Position numbers and translations under genes: made by a program. This document shows positions 1 through 9,869 of a stretch of 64,000 nt of DNA, piece by piece. Origin of the DNA: a virus (taxonomy: Duplodnaviria > Caudoviricetes); IMG/VR virus record IMGVR_UViG_3300032007_000014; one strand, written 5' to 3'. The notes under the pieces were generated by a model. It searched no databases. It saw only the letters and a list, made by a program, of their open reading frames with translations, and was not told the DNA's origin. How positions within the stretch are numbered: position 1 is the first letter of the stretch; the number at the start of each line of letters is the position of its first letter.

Positions 1-127
1 CGCATCATGAATGAACCGGATGATTTTTCACGTACAAAATTGTCAGCAGATGACAGACTCTCACCAGATGAAAAGTGGGAACTTCTTTTGAAAAGAACAA
101 AGAATTCTTAACATAAACGAGGACCAA

Positions 128-706
128 ATGCACGAAGGTTTAGCTATTATAGGATTCACTGGAAAGGCTAAGAGTGGTAAAGATACCGCTGCTGAAGTCT
201 TCAGAGAATTGGCTGGACACGATAACTGTGAAATTATGTCGTTTGCACAGCCACTGAAAGAGATTGCAATGATCTTTGGTTTCACCAGAGAACAGTGCTA
301 CAATCAAGAACTGAAAGAAGTTGTGGATGAATTTTGGGGAATTACTCCTCGTAAGTTCCTTCAGCTTACTGGAACTGAAATGTTCAGAAATCATTTTCGT
401 GAGGATTGCTGGACTAAGTTGTTCACACGTCGTATCATCGATCTTCAAAAAAAGATGACTGGACCAAAGTTTGTCCTCGTTACGGATGTGAGATTTCCGA
501 ACGAAGTTGATTGTATCAGACAACTTGGTGGATTCATCTTCAAGATCCAACGTCCAAGTTTGTCCACTTCATCAAACATGTACAAACATCCAAGTGAAAT
601 CTACATCGATGAACTGCAAGCAGATCTTATCATCACGAATGATTGCAAAAATCTCGATGATTATAAGTTACGCTGCAAAAACATTTTCATGGAATGGATT
701 GATTGA
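128..706 (+). CDS. Deoxynucleoside monophosphate (dNMP) kinase, T4 gp1-like
   Basis: P-loop GFTGKAKSGKDT, then SFAQPLKE, TPRKFLQLTGTE, VTDVRFPNE and HPSE motifs. Confidence 0.92.
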   Translation: MHEGLAIIGFTGKAKSGKDTAAEVFRELAGHDNCEIMSFAQPLKEIAMIFGFTREQCYNQELKEVVDEFWGITPRKFLQLTGTEMFRNHFREDCWTKLFTRRIIDLQKKMTGPKFVLVTDVRFPNEVDCIRQLGGFIFKIQRPSLSTSSNMYKHPSEIYIDELQADLIITNDCKNLDDYKLRCKNIFMEWID

Positions 707-718
707 AATTGTTTACAT

Positions 719-750
719 AACCAAGAACCAGTAAACACTGGTTCTTGGTT
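719..750 (+). terminator. Intrinsic terminator-like hairpin
   Basis: 14-bp perfect stem AACCAAGAACCAGT/ACTGGTTCTTGGTT with T-rich tail, just after the kinase stop. Confidence 0.75.
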
Positions 751-848
751 CTTATTTCATTTAGTAAAGAAACCAAATATCTCGTACAAACCATCGTATA
801 GATATTCCCAATATAACTCTCATTAACAATTAACAAGGAGAAACTCTC

Positions 849-1031
849 ATGGGAGCTATCACCAAAAGACAGGTGGCTGCGCTGACAATCGGTTATGCCA
901 TCGTTCGTGGGGTGGTGGAAAAGGTGAAACCTGAATCACCCGCAGAGGAAGCGAACATTGACAATGTTGCTTTCAATCAACTCATGTCGACAGTCAAGTG
1001 TTGCTGCGACAAAATCAAGGGAGGAAATTGA
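849..1031 (+). CDS. Small hypothetical protein (60 aa)
   Basis: AAGGAG RBS; late-type motif CCATCGTATA at 791-800; stop abuts the next gene. Confidence 0.7.
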   Translation: MGAITKRQVAALTIGYAIVRGVVEKVKPESPAEEANIDNVAFNQLMSTVKCCCDKIKGGN

Positions 1032-1033
1032 TC

Positions 1034-2716
1034 ATGGCTGACCTTATCAATTTCAAACAGGCTCTGATGGCTGAAGCTGAGAAGACTCAGGAGCTGCCTC
1101 CCGTTGTCATGTCCGAATCCACTGATCTCGGACAGATGGTCTCTCGTATCACTGGTGTCGACAATCGTGGCGAAGGCGAAAGCGCTGCCGCTCTTGTCGG
1201 TCGTTATGTCGACGAGTTCACTCGCGCTCTGAATGAAGAGGCGAATGCTGATGTTCTCAAGATCTATCAGGAAGTCGTTGATGTGATTTCTGACAAGATC
1301 CTCCACGTGTTCGGCGAAATCTCAGCCGCCAAGACACACGCCGAAGAAAAAGCCGGCGAAATGGAGAAGATCAAGAACGATATTCTCGCTCGCGATCCTT
1401 ACGTTGCCGCACACATCAAGGCACCGGAACTCAACATCGATTTCCCGATGTTTGACTGGAGTGCGATCAGCGTGGTCGGGTCTAAGGCTTACATCATCGG
1501 TCGCGTGAATGGATCCGTGACTGTTGATGAACAGGAAGTTCCGGAATCCTTCTCGATGCATCACTTCAATCTCGCTGTTGAAGAGATGAAGAAAATGGAA
1601 GGAATCAAGGATGTGGAATTCACGCCTGAAACTTCCGGAGTCATCATCGACACGATCGCCGAAAACTGCACGATGCCGAAAGAAGACATCATTGTCGGCT
1701 TCCAGTATCTGAAGACAGCTACGGCTTTCAATCAGGTGATCAATCTGCTCGCTGAGAAAGATCTCGATCCTTCCAAGATCTTCAGCAACATCCTGTATTT
1801 CTCAGGAACGATCGAGAAAGTGTCCTGTGTCATCACAGCGATCACTTCCGATATCGTCGATCTTGGCGCCGCCAATCGAAAACTGATCGATGACAACATC
1901 AGCGTTGCTCGCGTCTATCTCGAACTGATGGCGTACTACATCGCCATGCATCGTGAGACGTCTTATGCAGACGCACTGCTTCTTCCGAACGGTGCTCTGA
2001 ACAAAGACACCTATGATGCATTCGTCGCAGAAGGTGGTAAGAACATCATGATCGCGCATTACATCCGCGCCATGTTCAAAGATGATCTGTCCGCCATCCC
2101 TGTCCGTGGCGTTCCTGCTTCCAGCATCATCAAGAGTGCAACTGCTCTTGAAGAGCGTGTGAAGAGAGATATTGCGAACGTCGAACAGCGCATCCAGATC
2201 GCAACCAACCAGGCCCGCATCGCGGCATTCAAACACATTGCTGGTCAGTATATCAACAGTGCTATTGCACAGCTGATTCCCGATGCAGATGATGTGCAGA
2301 AGGCTGCCGCCGCAAACAAGGTCTTCGTTGCAGTTGCACCTGCAATCGTTCACGCGATCAACATGTACGACATCTCGTTCATGGATGCAGCACTTTCACT
2401 CATCATGGAAGTCAGCTATCCGAACACCTTTGTGTTCGCCATGTTCAAGAAACTCGGCGCCGCCTATGTCAACCGCGTTGACCTTGGTGGAAATGTTGAT
2501 CAAGCGGCGATCGACATCGCAGAAACAGGCGTCATTGCTGACATCGTCAGCGAGTTCGTTGTGAAGAAACTGTACTGCTATGAGGAGTGCAAAGACATGA
2601 CTCCGAAAGCACCGGTTGTCCCACAGCAACCCGCTCCTGCTCCAGCACCTGCAGAAGGTGAGCCATCCGAACAACCGGATGCTGATCCGAATGCAGCACC
2701 TGCTCAGGAAAACTGA
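1034..2716 (+). CDS. Hypothetical, probably virion structural protein with Pro/Ala-rich acidic tail
   Basis: Start re-called to ATG 1034 (GGAGG RBS, MADLINF); long acidic helical ORF. Confidence 0.7.
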   Translation: MADLINFKQALMAEAEKTQELPPVVMSESTDLGQMVSRITGVDNRGEGESAAALVGRYVDEFTRALNEEANADVLKIYQEVVDVISDKILHVFGEISAAKTHAEEKAGEMEKIKNDILARDPYVAAHIKAPELNIDFPMFDWSAISVVGSKAYIIGRVNGSVTVDEQEVPESFSMHHFNLAVEEMKKMEGIKDVEFTPETSGVIIDTIAENCTMPKEDIIVGFQYLKTATAFNQVINLLAEKDLDPSKIFSNILYFSGTIEKVSCVITAITSDIVDLGAANRKLIDDNISVARVYLELMAYYIAMHRETSYADALLLPNGALNKDTYDAFVAEGGKNIMIAHYIRAMFKDDLSAIPVRGVPASSIIKSATALEERVKRDIANVEQRIQIATNQARIAAFKHIAGQYINSAIAQLIPDADDVQKAAAANKVFVAVAPAIVHAINMYDISFMDAALSLIMEVSYPNTFVFAMFKKLGAAYVNRVDLGGNVDQAAIDIAETGVIADIVSEFVVKKLYCYEECKDMTPKAPVVPQQPAPAPAPAEGEPSEQPDADPNAAPAQEN

Positions 2717-2733
2717 CACAAAAAAAGAATAAG

Positions 2734-2767
2734 CATCTAAGGTGTGGATTACTCCACACCTTAGATG
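2734..2767. terminator. Bidirectional terminator hairpin
   Basis: 15-bp perfect stem between convergent genes, A-tract on the left and T-tract on the right. Confidence 0.8.
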
Positions 2768-2776
2768 TTCTTTTGT

Positions 2777-4108
2777 TCAGTTTCTGATTTGTGCTTGCAA
2801 TTGAACAGGCAGATCATCAGAGTAATACCAAACAGTGTTGTGCTTGTCATCCTTGAAGATCTGATCTTCGCTGATAGCGAGATTGGTATGCTTCACCATC
2901 GAGTAGATCTCATCAAGAGACCTGTTCCCATCGATAGGTGATACACCAACTCTCCAATGACCGTGATTCGTCATGACAAATCCAACCAATACTTCAGAGC
3001 ATGCTCCGGTGATCGGATGGATCGCATCGAAACAGTAAGGAAGAGCTGATTTGATGACGGGAATGTACGGATGATTGATCGCGATGCATTTGACAGGAAC
3101 ACTCTCTCCCCAAACAGAGAGGAATGCTTGTGCACGCAGTGCAATCGAATCTGTCTTTGACGCGCACTGATTGATCGTGAAGTTCGAATCTCTCATGGAT
3201 TCGTAGGTCTCATATCCTTTGATAACATCCTCAAGTTTTGTCTTGATTTCCTGTTTCTCCGGATAATGAACAGGCCATTCAGGTGCATTGAATCCAGCGG
3301 CTTTTGGATGACCACCGCCACTGAACTTCTGAGCGATGTCGATGACCTCTTTGATATCATCTGGTGAATACACCGAACAACGAAATCTTCCGAAATCACC
3401 GAACCAGTTGATCAGCATGAGTGCATCGATTCCTGTCTTGTCAACAGAATCAAAGAACATACTGTTCGCTTGCTTATTGTTCGCGACGATAATCTGTCGT
3501 CCATCCAATTCCGTTCTGTAACACAGTTCATCAGCCATGGTTTTATTCCTGAGTTTGATATACTCAGAAATAGGTTTACCGTGATCGATGATCTGATCCA
3601 GTTTGAATTTCTCATTGTTGAGAAGATCTGCCCACATTCCAGCAGATTTGGTTCCAGGACGAACATCGAAGAGATCCATACCGTAGATGAACGGACCAGT
3701 GTTCTCGTATTTCCATTTCCATAGGTCGAAGTCACCGATGAGTTTGATGCACTCTGGCATTGGTTCTTCTGGGAAGAAGAATGTCCATGCCAATTCCGCA
3801 CCACTCATGTCATCTCTGCGAACACCATCGATGGTGTTGAGACCAGCAGATTCGAGTTTGTCGTAGTTGTTCTTGTGATGATCGATCCAGATGATCTTGT
3901 TTCCTCTGGACTGAAGATTGCGGAATTCCTCATATGTCAATGAGAAATCCGTAACAACCACAGTTGCTCCAGGTTGGATCTTCCAGAATGGAATGGGTTT
4001 TCCATAGTTGGTTACGATACATTCCGCATTCGGGAATCGTCTTTTGACTATGGCACCAGCGCCATATCCATCGATATCACAGTGCGTGATACAGGTTACT
4101 GGGATCAT
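2777..4108 (-). CDS. DHH/DHHA1 family phosphoesterase with C-terminal extension
   Basis: HCDIDG, TDFS, IDHH and GGGHPKAAG motifs; early motif TATATTAC at 4154-4161. Confidence 0.9.
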   Translation of the reverse strand: MIPVTCITHCDIDGYGAGAIVKRRFPNAECIVTNYGKPIPFWKIQPGATVVVTDFSLTYEEFRNLQSRGNKIIWIDHHKNNYDKLESAGLNTIDGVRRDDMSGAELAWTFFFPEEPMPECIKLIGDFDLWKWKYENTGPFIYGMDLFDVRPGTKSAGMWADLLNNEKFKLDQIIDHGKPISEYIKLRNKTMADELCYRTELDGRQIIVANNKQANSMFFDSVDKTGIDALMLINWFGDFGRFRCSVYSPDDIKEVIDIAQKFSGGGHPKAAGFNAPEWPVHYPEKQEIKTKLEDVIKGYETYESMRDSNFTINQCASKTDSIALRAQAFLSVWGESVPVKCIAINHPYIPVIKSALPYCFDAIHPITGACSEVLVGFVMTNHGHWRVGVSPIDGNRSLDEIYSMVKHTNLAISEDQIFKDDKHNTVWYYSDDLPVQLQAQIRN

Positions 4109-4153
4109 AATGAGACTCCTTTCATTTGTTGAAGATTAACTCATACCATTTAT

Positions 4154-4161
4154 GTAATATA
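4154..4161 (-). promoter_or_regulatory. phiKZ-type early promoter motif TATATTAC
   Basis: Exact match to the phiKZ early consensus, 46 nt upstream of the DHH gene; recurs before other minus-strand genes. Confidence 0.75.
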
Positions 4162-4295
4162 TACTTTAAAACATGCTGGCAAAATCAACGATTTAGCACA
4201 AGCCAACGCCATTTTATACATATTTTGAAAAAGGAAAACATTATCTTTTCCAAGAACAATTAAGGCAATTGTTTTAACTAACAGGAGAAACAATC

Positions 4296-7200
4296 ATGGC
4301 TGGAACCCTGATTTACGATGCGTCAGCTGGTAGGTACCAGTACGTCATCGGAGGAAGCAGTTCCCAAGCGAAGTCCGTCAAAAAGGTTGTGACTATCGCT
4401 GAGCGTGATGCGCTCAAAGACAAGACAACTGATGTGATGGTGATGGAAGCGTACCGTGATGATCCAACTGTCGAAACAGGGTGGGCTATTTACACGTACG
4501 TTGAATCGTCCGGTACATGGGTGAAGATAGGTGAACAGGAGTCGATGGACATCACTGTGTCACTTACCGGACTTGGCTTCACAAAAACTGCTCAAGAGTA
4601 CAATGCTGCAGTCGACAACAGTCACTCCCATGTGACCGTTGGCAACGTGAAGAACACTTCTGTTCTTTATGCGGCTTATGAAGGAAACGTGGACTTCACC
4701 GCATTCACGCAGGTGTCGCTCCCTACATTCGATGAAGTGAGTGAGTTCCGTGCACTGTATCAGAAAGCAGTGTACATCGGTGATGGTGAACCCTACTACA
4801 TCGAGTCGTCTTCATTCACGAACAACTCCAATAAGTTTACTGGTATTTCCATCTCTGTAAATGACAGTATCATTGATGAAAACACAAGACTTACGAACGT
4901 GACACAGATTACTGGTTCTATCGATACTCTTGCAGTGATCGATTCCGGCAAACTGTATGTCGTTGCCATCCCCAATAGAGGTGGATCTTCGGTGATGTAT
5001 CCGAAGAAGACAACTGATGCCACGTTCCAGGCAGGAAAACTGTACTACACACGTACTTCATTCAATGGAACCACTTCGTATATCTATACGAGGGCTTATG
5101 TCACCGCAGGTGAAACCAGAACTGGTGATTACTATGAAGGTGGTATCGCCAAGTGCGGCACTCTGCTCGGGGACAATCAGTACAGTATTCCTGGTACTGC
5201 CTACACTCAGGTTGGAACGGATTCCAACTGGGAACAGATTGGTGCACTGCATCTCGCGTGGGCTGCCATCAAAGGTGACGGAAACAACGGACACGTTCTC
5301 TACATGGCTGGTATTAACGTCAGCTATCAGCTCGGTACTGCTGCGTATCCGAACACAACTGATCTTGTTCAAACAGCAAAGATCGACAATGAACTTTCTG
5401 GTTTCTCCACTGCATATTTCGAGAAAGTTCCGTACTATCTGAACGAGTTCAAACCGATCACAGTTGTTGAAAACAACACACGTGTTATTCCTACTGACTG
5501 GTTGGATTTCTCGCTTGGTGGTTATTACACCATGGCACGTCGTGGTAACGGTACTACAGTGACTTACAATGGAGTCACCTTCAAGAAGGGTACTCTGTGG
5601 CTCTGGGGTCAGAACCATGATGGTTGCTTGGGTGACGGTTACCACACCATGCATGATATGACATCGAGTGACATTCAGAATTTCAAGGATCCTGATGGAA
5701 ACAACTATCCGTCTGAAATCACTCCTTGCGAAGTCGGTCGTGCAGAACCCAAACCTTTGGCTTGCATTGTCGACAACAGTGAAGTTGTTTATGACGACTG
5801 GGTGGATTATTCTGCTGGTTGGTACCATGCAGTTGCACTCCGTTATGTCAACAAAGGCAACGGTGTTTATGAATCCGAAGTTTACCTTTGGGGTTCGAAT
5901 GAATACGGATGCCTCGGCAACGGTAACTATCTGAACTATCGTCTGCAGGAAGATGGCACGTATGAAGTATCGGAAGACGGTATCGAATATGTTGACAGAC
6001 CTCGTCTGCTCACGACTGCTGAATTCCCATACAAGGATGTTGTTGCAGTTCGTGCCAACCATTACGCGGTGATTTTGGTTCGTGCCAATGGTGAAGCTTA
6101 CTATGCTGGTTGCAACAAACGCAATCAGTTGGGTATCACTGCAGCAGGTGGAGATGCCGTCAATCTGGCAACCTTCACCAAGATGTCTTCCTTCTTCAAG
6201 GATGCATATTGGGATGCTGAGACTTACGGTGGATTCGTCCTCCGTGATGTTCCGTATCTCACGAATGCCGCAGATCCGATCTACAAGAACATCTTCACCG
6301 GTGACATGTCTCTGAACAAGATCGCAAATGCTGTGACCAACAGTCATACGCACGTTGCGTCAACAGATGACATTGATGCTGTTGTGCTGTCCGCAAAACA
6401 GTTCCTCAATAACTACGAAGCAGTTCTTTCGAATTTGCACTCGAATCCGGCAACTGGTTGGCACACCAACATGTCCGTGCTGAACAAGCTGAGTGCCTCT
6501 GGCAATACTCTGCTGTTCAATGGCAACCCGATCGAAGGAAGTGGCGGTGGATCTGGAACTGGTGTCGTCGTGGATGCTTCGAACGAACGTCTTGATGACA
6601 CTGTTGATATCACCGGATTCAACAACATCGCTGGTGGTATGCCTCTGGAAGTCATCAGTTACAATGCCACGATGTCTCCTGTTGGATACATTCTGCGCGT
6701 TGCACCATCCGGTGGTCAGTACCATCGCACATCCCGTTGGGAATCCGTCGGAACTCTCAATGCTGCGGGCACTTACACCGAACTGCTGACAGTTGAAGCA
6801 CAGTCGAAGGGACTTATCGCTGTCATGTCGGGCAGTCCCACGATCAACAAGATCGTGAACAGCACAGGTGACATCAAGTCACTGCTTACCACCATCAGAG
6901 ATGCATCCTCGAATCCGCAAACTCTTACTCTCTACTACATTGCTTTCAATGATCAGGGAGAGATGATCAGGAGTTCTCAAGCGTATACGACTATCCAGCA
7001 GAACAATCTGAAGGGCGGTACGATCAGCAGTCTGGTCTACAAGTCCGCGGATGATGGAGAGTATCTCCCGATTGACGACATGCAGAGTTCCGGACTCAAC
7101 GAGAACTACGATGAAACAGAGCAGTGGATTGACCTCTATGACAGCAATCATGTTCTGAAGTTTGATGGAGCGGATGCGGAAGCTGCTGCAACAGCAGGAA

Positions 7201-9071
7201 CTCCGTATTACTTCAACAACGGAACTCAGAACACAACGGAAGTCAAATCGTCCGCTGAGATCTGCATTCCGAAGGGTCATGAAGGCACGACTCCGATCTA
7301 TCACTCTGTGGTGGATTCCAACGGAGATGTTGTCATCAGTGCGGCAACTATCGCGGAAGGTCTGTACAAGAAGGAAGGTTCTTCCTACAACAGCATCACA
7401 GAACGCGATATTCCTGAAACGTTCAATGAGTCTCTGTTCACATCCGGTGAGATCTACATTCATCCATCGAAGTCGGATTTCACCGCACTTGCGAATCAGA
7501 AGTACGCATACAATCCAGTTCGCAACACGTACCAGTACAAGTACAAGGTCACAACGGATGCGACATTCCAGGCCAACAAGAACTACTATCAGCTGAATTC
7601 CACGCTGAATGTGTACACGAAGGCCACTGTGACTCCAGGAAACACAAGGTCCGGTACGTACTACGAAGAAGACGGCATTGAGTCCGTCATTCTTCTGCTG
7701 ACAGGTCCTGTCGGATCGGATGCCAATTCTTCAACATCTGAGAATTTCGCTCCTGGTTCTGTCGAAGATCCCATGATGGCGGTCATTCCTTCTGATTATC
7801 GCGGATATTCTGCGAGCGTCAGTGGTGAATATAACTCCGCAATCGGATTCAACTCAACAGTCGCTGGTAACTCCAACGATGTGTTCGGTCACTTCTCGCA
7901 GACAACTGGTCTCGCCAACATCATCGTTGGTATGAGCTCTGTTGCGTATGGTGATAGCAACACAGTTGCGGCAGATGAATCCTTCGCCATGGGAAGCGGT
8001 AACGTCGTCGGTGGTGATCGTAACTATGTGTTTGGTTCAGCGAACCACACCTATGGTTACTACGGATTCGTCTACGGTACTCGCAACTTCACCTATGGTG
8101 TTGATGCGTTTGTCGTGGGTAACTCCAACCACACCATGGGATCCAGGTCCTATGTGATCGGTCAGCAAGTGAAGGTCATGAAAGGTGCGAACGATTCAAT
8201 GGTCGTCGGCTATGGCATTGATGTCTATGCTGAGAAAGCCATTGTGTTCGGACGCAATGCGAGTGTTCCGAAGTTTGTCGGCAACTATGTTGACGAAAAC
8301 TCCGATACCATCAAGTCGATGTCTCTTGCCTCCTATGTGGCAAGTTACGACCAAATCTTCATCAGCAACAAGGAAGGTCTCTTCATTGGTGATGGTCTGA
8401 AGAATGGTCAGAATCTGACAACGATCTTCCCTGCATCTCTGACGAAATACAGATGCCGTCCGAATCCGGAATACTTCGATGCATCGACAAGTGCGAGAAC
8501 ATCAAAAGATCCGTATCTGTATGAACCTTATCTGCAGTGGAACTTCGTCGGCGCCATGCACATGTATTTCTCAGATCCCACACAGGTTGGCAACACAACT
8601 AACTACACGTATTCACAGCGTGATGGTGGTCGTGTCAAGACCTTTGATAAGGGTCTGGAGATCGGCAGTCCTTCAAGTGAGTCGACAGTTCTTCTTGACT
8701 TCGACAAAGCCACTCGTTGGAAACTTGGAGAGATTGGCGCTGCAAGCGACAGCGGACTTATCAAAGTGGAAGCACACAACTTTGTTGATGGTGCTGAAGC
8801 TTACATCGTTCTCTATGCGAAGGCAAATGTGTCTTGGTCTCTGCTTACCGGGACAACCAGTACGGCATATGGAACGAACAAATTCGCTGCTGTCAAATGG
8901 GTCAACGAAACTCAAGTCATTGATGGAGTTGAAGTGGTTACTCCTGTCAACGGACAGGGCATGACCAGCGGATACGCTCTCTTGAAACTCATGGTTGTCA
9001 AGTCCGGTGTTTCCAATGGTGTTGATCAGCTTGATCTCATCATCGAAACCGTGGTTAACACCTTGAGCTGA
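4296..9071 (+). CDS. Large tail fibre/spike-like virion protein with RCC1-like repeats and YadA-head-like beta-roll repeats
   Basis: RCC1-like units (LWLWGQNHDGCLGDG, SAGWYHAVAL, VYLWGSNEYGCLGNG); Gly/Asn periodic beta-roll (SAIGFNSTVAGNSNDVFG...); HSH/HTH fibre motifs. Confidence 0.8.
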   Translation: MAGTLIYDASAGRYQYVIGGSSSQAKSVKKVVTIAERDALKDKTTDVMVMEAYRDDPTVETGWAIYTYVESSGTWVKIGEQESMDITVSLTGLGFTKTAQEYNAAVDNSHSHVTVGNVKNTSVLYAAYEGNVDFTAFTQVSLPTFDEVSEFRALYQKAVYIGDGEPYYIESSSFTNNSNKFTGISISVNDSIIDENTRLTNVTQITGSIDTLAVIDSGKLYVVAIPNRGGSSVMYPKKTTDATFQAGKLYYTRTSFNGTTSYIYTRAYVTAGETRTGDYYEGGIAKCGTLLGDNQYSIPGTAYTQVGTDSNWEQIGALHLAWAAIKGDGNNGHVLYMAGINVSYQLGTAAYPNTTDLVQTAKIDNELSGFSTAYFEKVPYYLNEFKPITVVENNTRVIPTDWLDFSLGGYYTMARRGNGTTVTYNGVTFKKGTLWLWGQNHDGCLGDGYHTMHDMTSSDIQNFKDPDGNNYPSEITPCEVGRAEPKPLACIVDNSEVVYDDWVDYSAGWYHAVALRYVNKGNGVYESEVYLWGSNEYGCLGNGNYLNYRLQEDGTYEVSEDGIEYVDRPRLLTTAEFPYKDVVAVRANHYAVILVRANGEAYYAGCNKRNQLGITAAGGDAVNLATFTKMSSFFKDAYWDAETYGGFVLRDVPYLTNAADPIYKNIFTGDMSLNKIANAVTNSHTHVASTDDIDAVVLSAKQFLNNYEAVLSNLHSNPATGWHTNMSVLNKLSASGNTLLFNGNPIEGSGGGSGTGVVVDASNERLDDTVDITGFNNIAGGMPLEVISYNATMSPVGYILRVAPSGGQYHRTSRWESVGTLNAAGTYTELLTVEAQSKGLIAVMSGSPTINKIVNSTGDIKSLLTTIRDASSNPQTLTLYYIAFNDQGEMIRSSQAYTTIQQNNLKGGTISSLVYKSADDGEYLPIDDMQSSGLNENYDETEQWIDLYDSNHVLKFDGADAEAAATAGTPYYFNNGTQNTTEVKSSAEICIPKGHEGTTPIYHSVVDSNGDVVISAATIAEGLYKKEGSSYNSITERDIPETFNESLFTSGEIYIHPSKSDFTALANQKYAYNPVRNTYQYKYKVTTDATFQANKNYYQLNSTLNVYTKATVTPGNTRSGTYYEEDGIESVILLLTGPVGSDANSSTSENFAPGSVEDPMMAVIPSDYRGYSASVSGEYNSAIGFNSTVAGNSNDVFGHFSQTTGLANIIVGMSSVAYGDSNTVAADESFAMGSGNVVGGDRNYVFGSANHTYGYYGFVYGTRNFTYGVDAFVVGNSNHTMGSRSYVIGQQVKVMKGANDSMVVGYGIDVYAEKAIVFGRNASVPKFVGNYVDENSDTIKSMSLASYVASYDQIFISNKEGLFIGDGLKNGQNLTTIFPASLTKYRCRPNPEYFDASTSARTSKDPYLYEPYLQWNFVGAMHMYFSDPTQVGNTTNYTYSQRDGGRVKTFDKGLEIGSPSSESTVLLDFDKATRWKLGEIGAASDSGLIKVEAHNFVDGAEAYIVLYAKANVSWSLLTGTTSTAYGTNKFAAVKWVNETQVIDGVEVVTPVNGQGMTSGYALLKLMVVKSGVSNGVDQLDLIIETVVNTLS

Positions 9072-9159
9072 CCACATCAGTATCAACTAAGAGAGTGATG
9101 CGTGAGCAACACTCCACATCACTCTCTTGTAACTCATTGAACTTATAAGGGTGACTATC

Positions 9160-9792
9160 ATGTCAGAATTCGTGTTTGTAAGAAACGGTGAAGAGATTCC
9201 CTACTCCACCCAGTCAGTGACTGTGAAAGAACAGGTGACTGTTGATGTGCAGAAAGCACTGTGGAGCGGAGCTCAGCGCCTGTCTGTTGAAGCTCTCAAT
9301 GCTCTCGGCATTGATCTGAAATTCAAGCCGACACAGACAGAAGCAAGAATCATGTTCGAGAAAGTCTCGTTCATGTACGGTGCGATTCCTGAATTCGCAA
9401 CTCGTGTTCAGGAAATGAAGGACATGTACGATTTCCTTGAAATCGCATACGACGCCAAGACGGAAGATGTCGAAGCAGCTCTCAAGGCGAAATTCGAGAA
9501 CGCGGACGATCGTGCAGAATACTATGCCCAGTTCCAGGGCGCTCTGCAGAATGTCAAGATCAACTACCAGGCGGGCAATCGTGCTATGTATGAGTACGAT
9601 AATGAAATCATCGGCGAAGGCGAAGCATTCGACCCAGTTGATGACTTCATCGTCTGGATGCATCTTCCCATTCTCATCAAGTGGCTTCCTGGCACTTATG
9701 AGGAGAACGAGATTCCGGAGAAACGTCAGGAAGAAATCGTGACATCTTCGGAACGCGAATCCGTTCTTCGCGGCCAGATGGCGAACGACTGA
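9160..9792 (+). CDS. Hypothetical protein (possibly fibre-associated)
   Basis: ATG 9160 with AAGGGTG RBS; directly follows the fibre gene. Confidence 0.65.
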   Translation: MSEFVFVRNGEEIPYSTQSVTVKEQVTVDVQKALWSGAQRLSVEALNALGIDLKFKPTQTEARIMFEKVSFMYGAIPEFATRVQEMKDMYDFLEIAYDAKTEDVEAALKAKFENADDRAEYYAQFQGALQNVKINYQAGNRAMYEYDNEIIGEGEAFDPVDDFIVWMHLPILIKWLPGTYEENEIPEKRQEEIVTSSERESVLRGQMAND

Positions 9793-9813
9793 TTCTCTAT
9801 CACAACAACTTAG

Positions 9814-9849
9814 ATCTGATAGGGAGTCTTCATTGACTCCCTATCAGAT
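9814..9849 (+). terminator. Terminator hairpin
   Basis: 15-bp stem ATCTGATAGGGAGTC/GACTCCCTATCAGAT followed by TCTTTATTT. Confidence 0.75.
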
Positions 9850-9869
9850 TCTTTATTTGGAGTTCCATC

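Noticed and set aside
5058-6353. 431-aa minus-strand ORF; likewise 18194-19129(+), 50987-52009(+) and 24008-24808(+)
   Set aside because: Antisense shadows of well-supported genes, caused by codon bias; no RBS or motifs.
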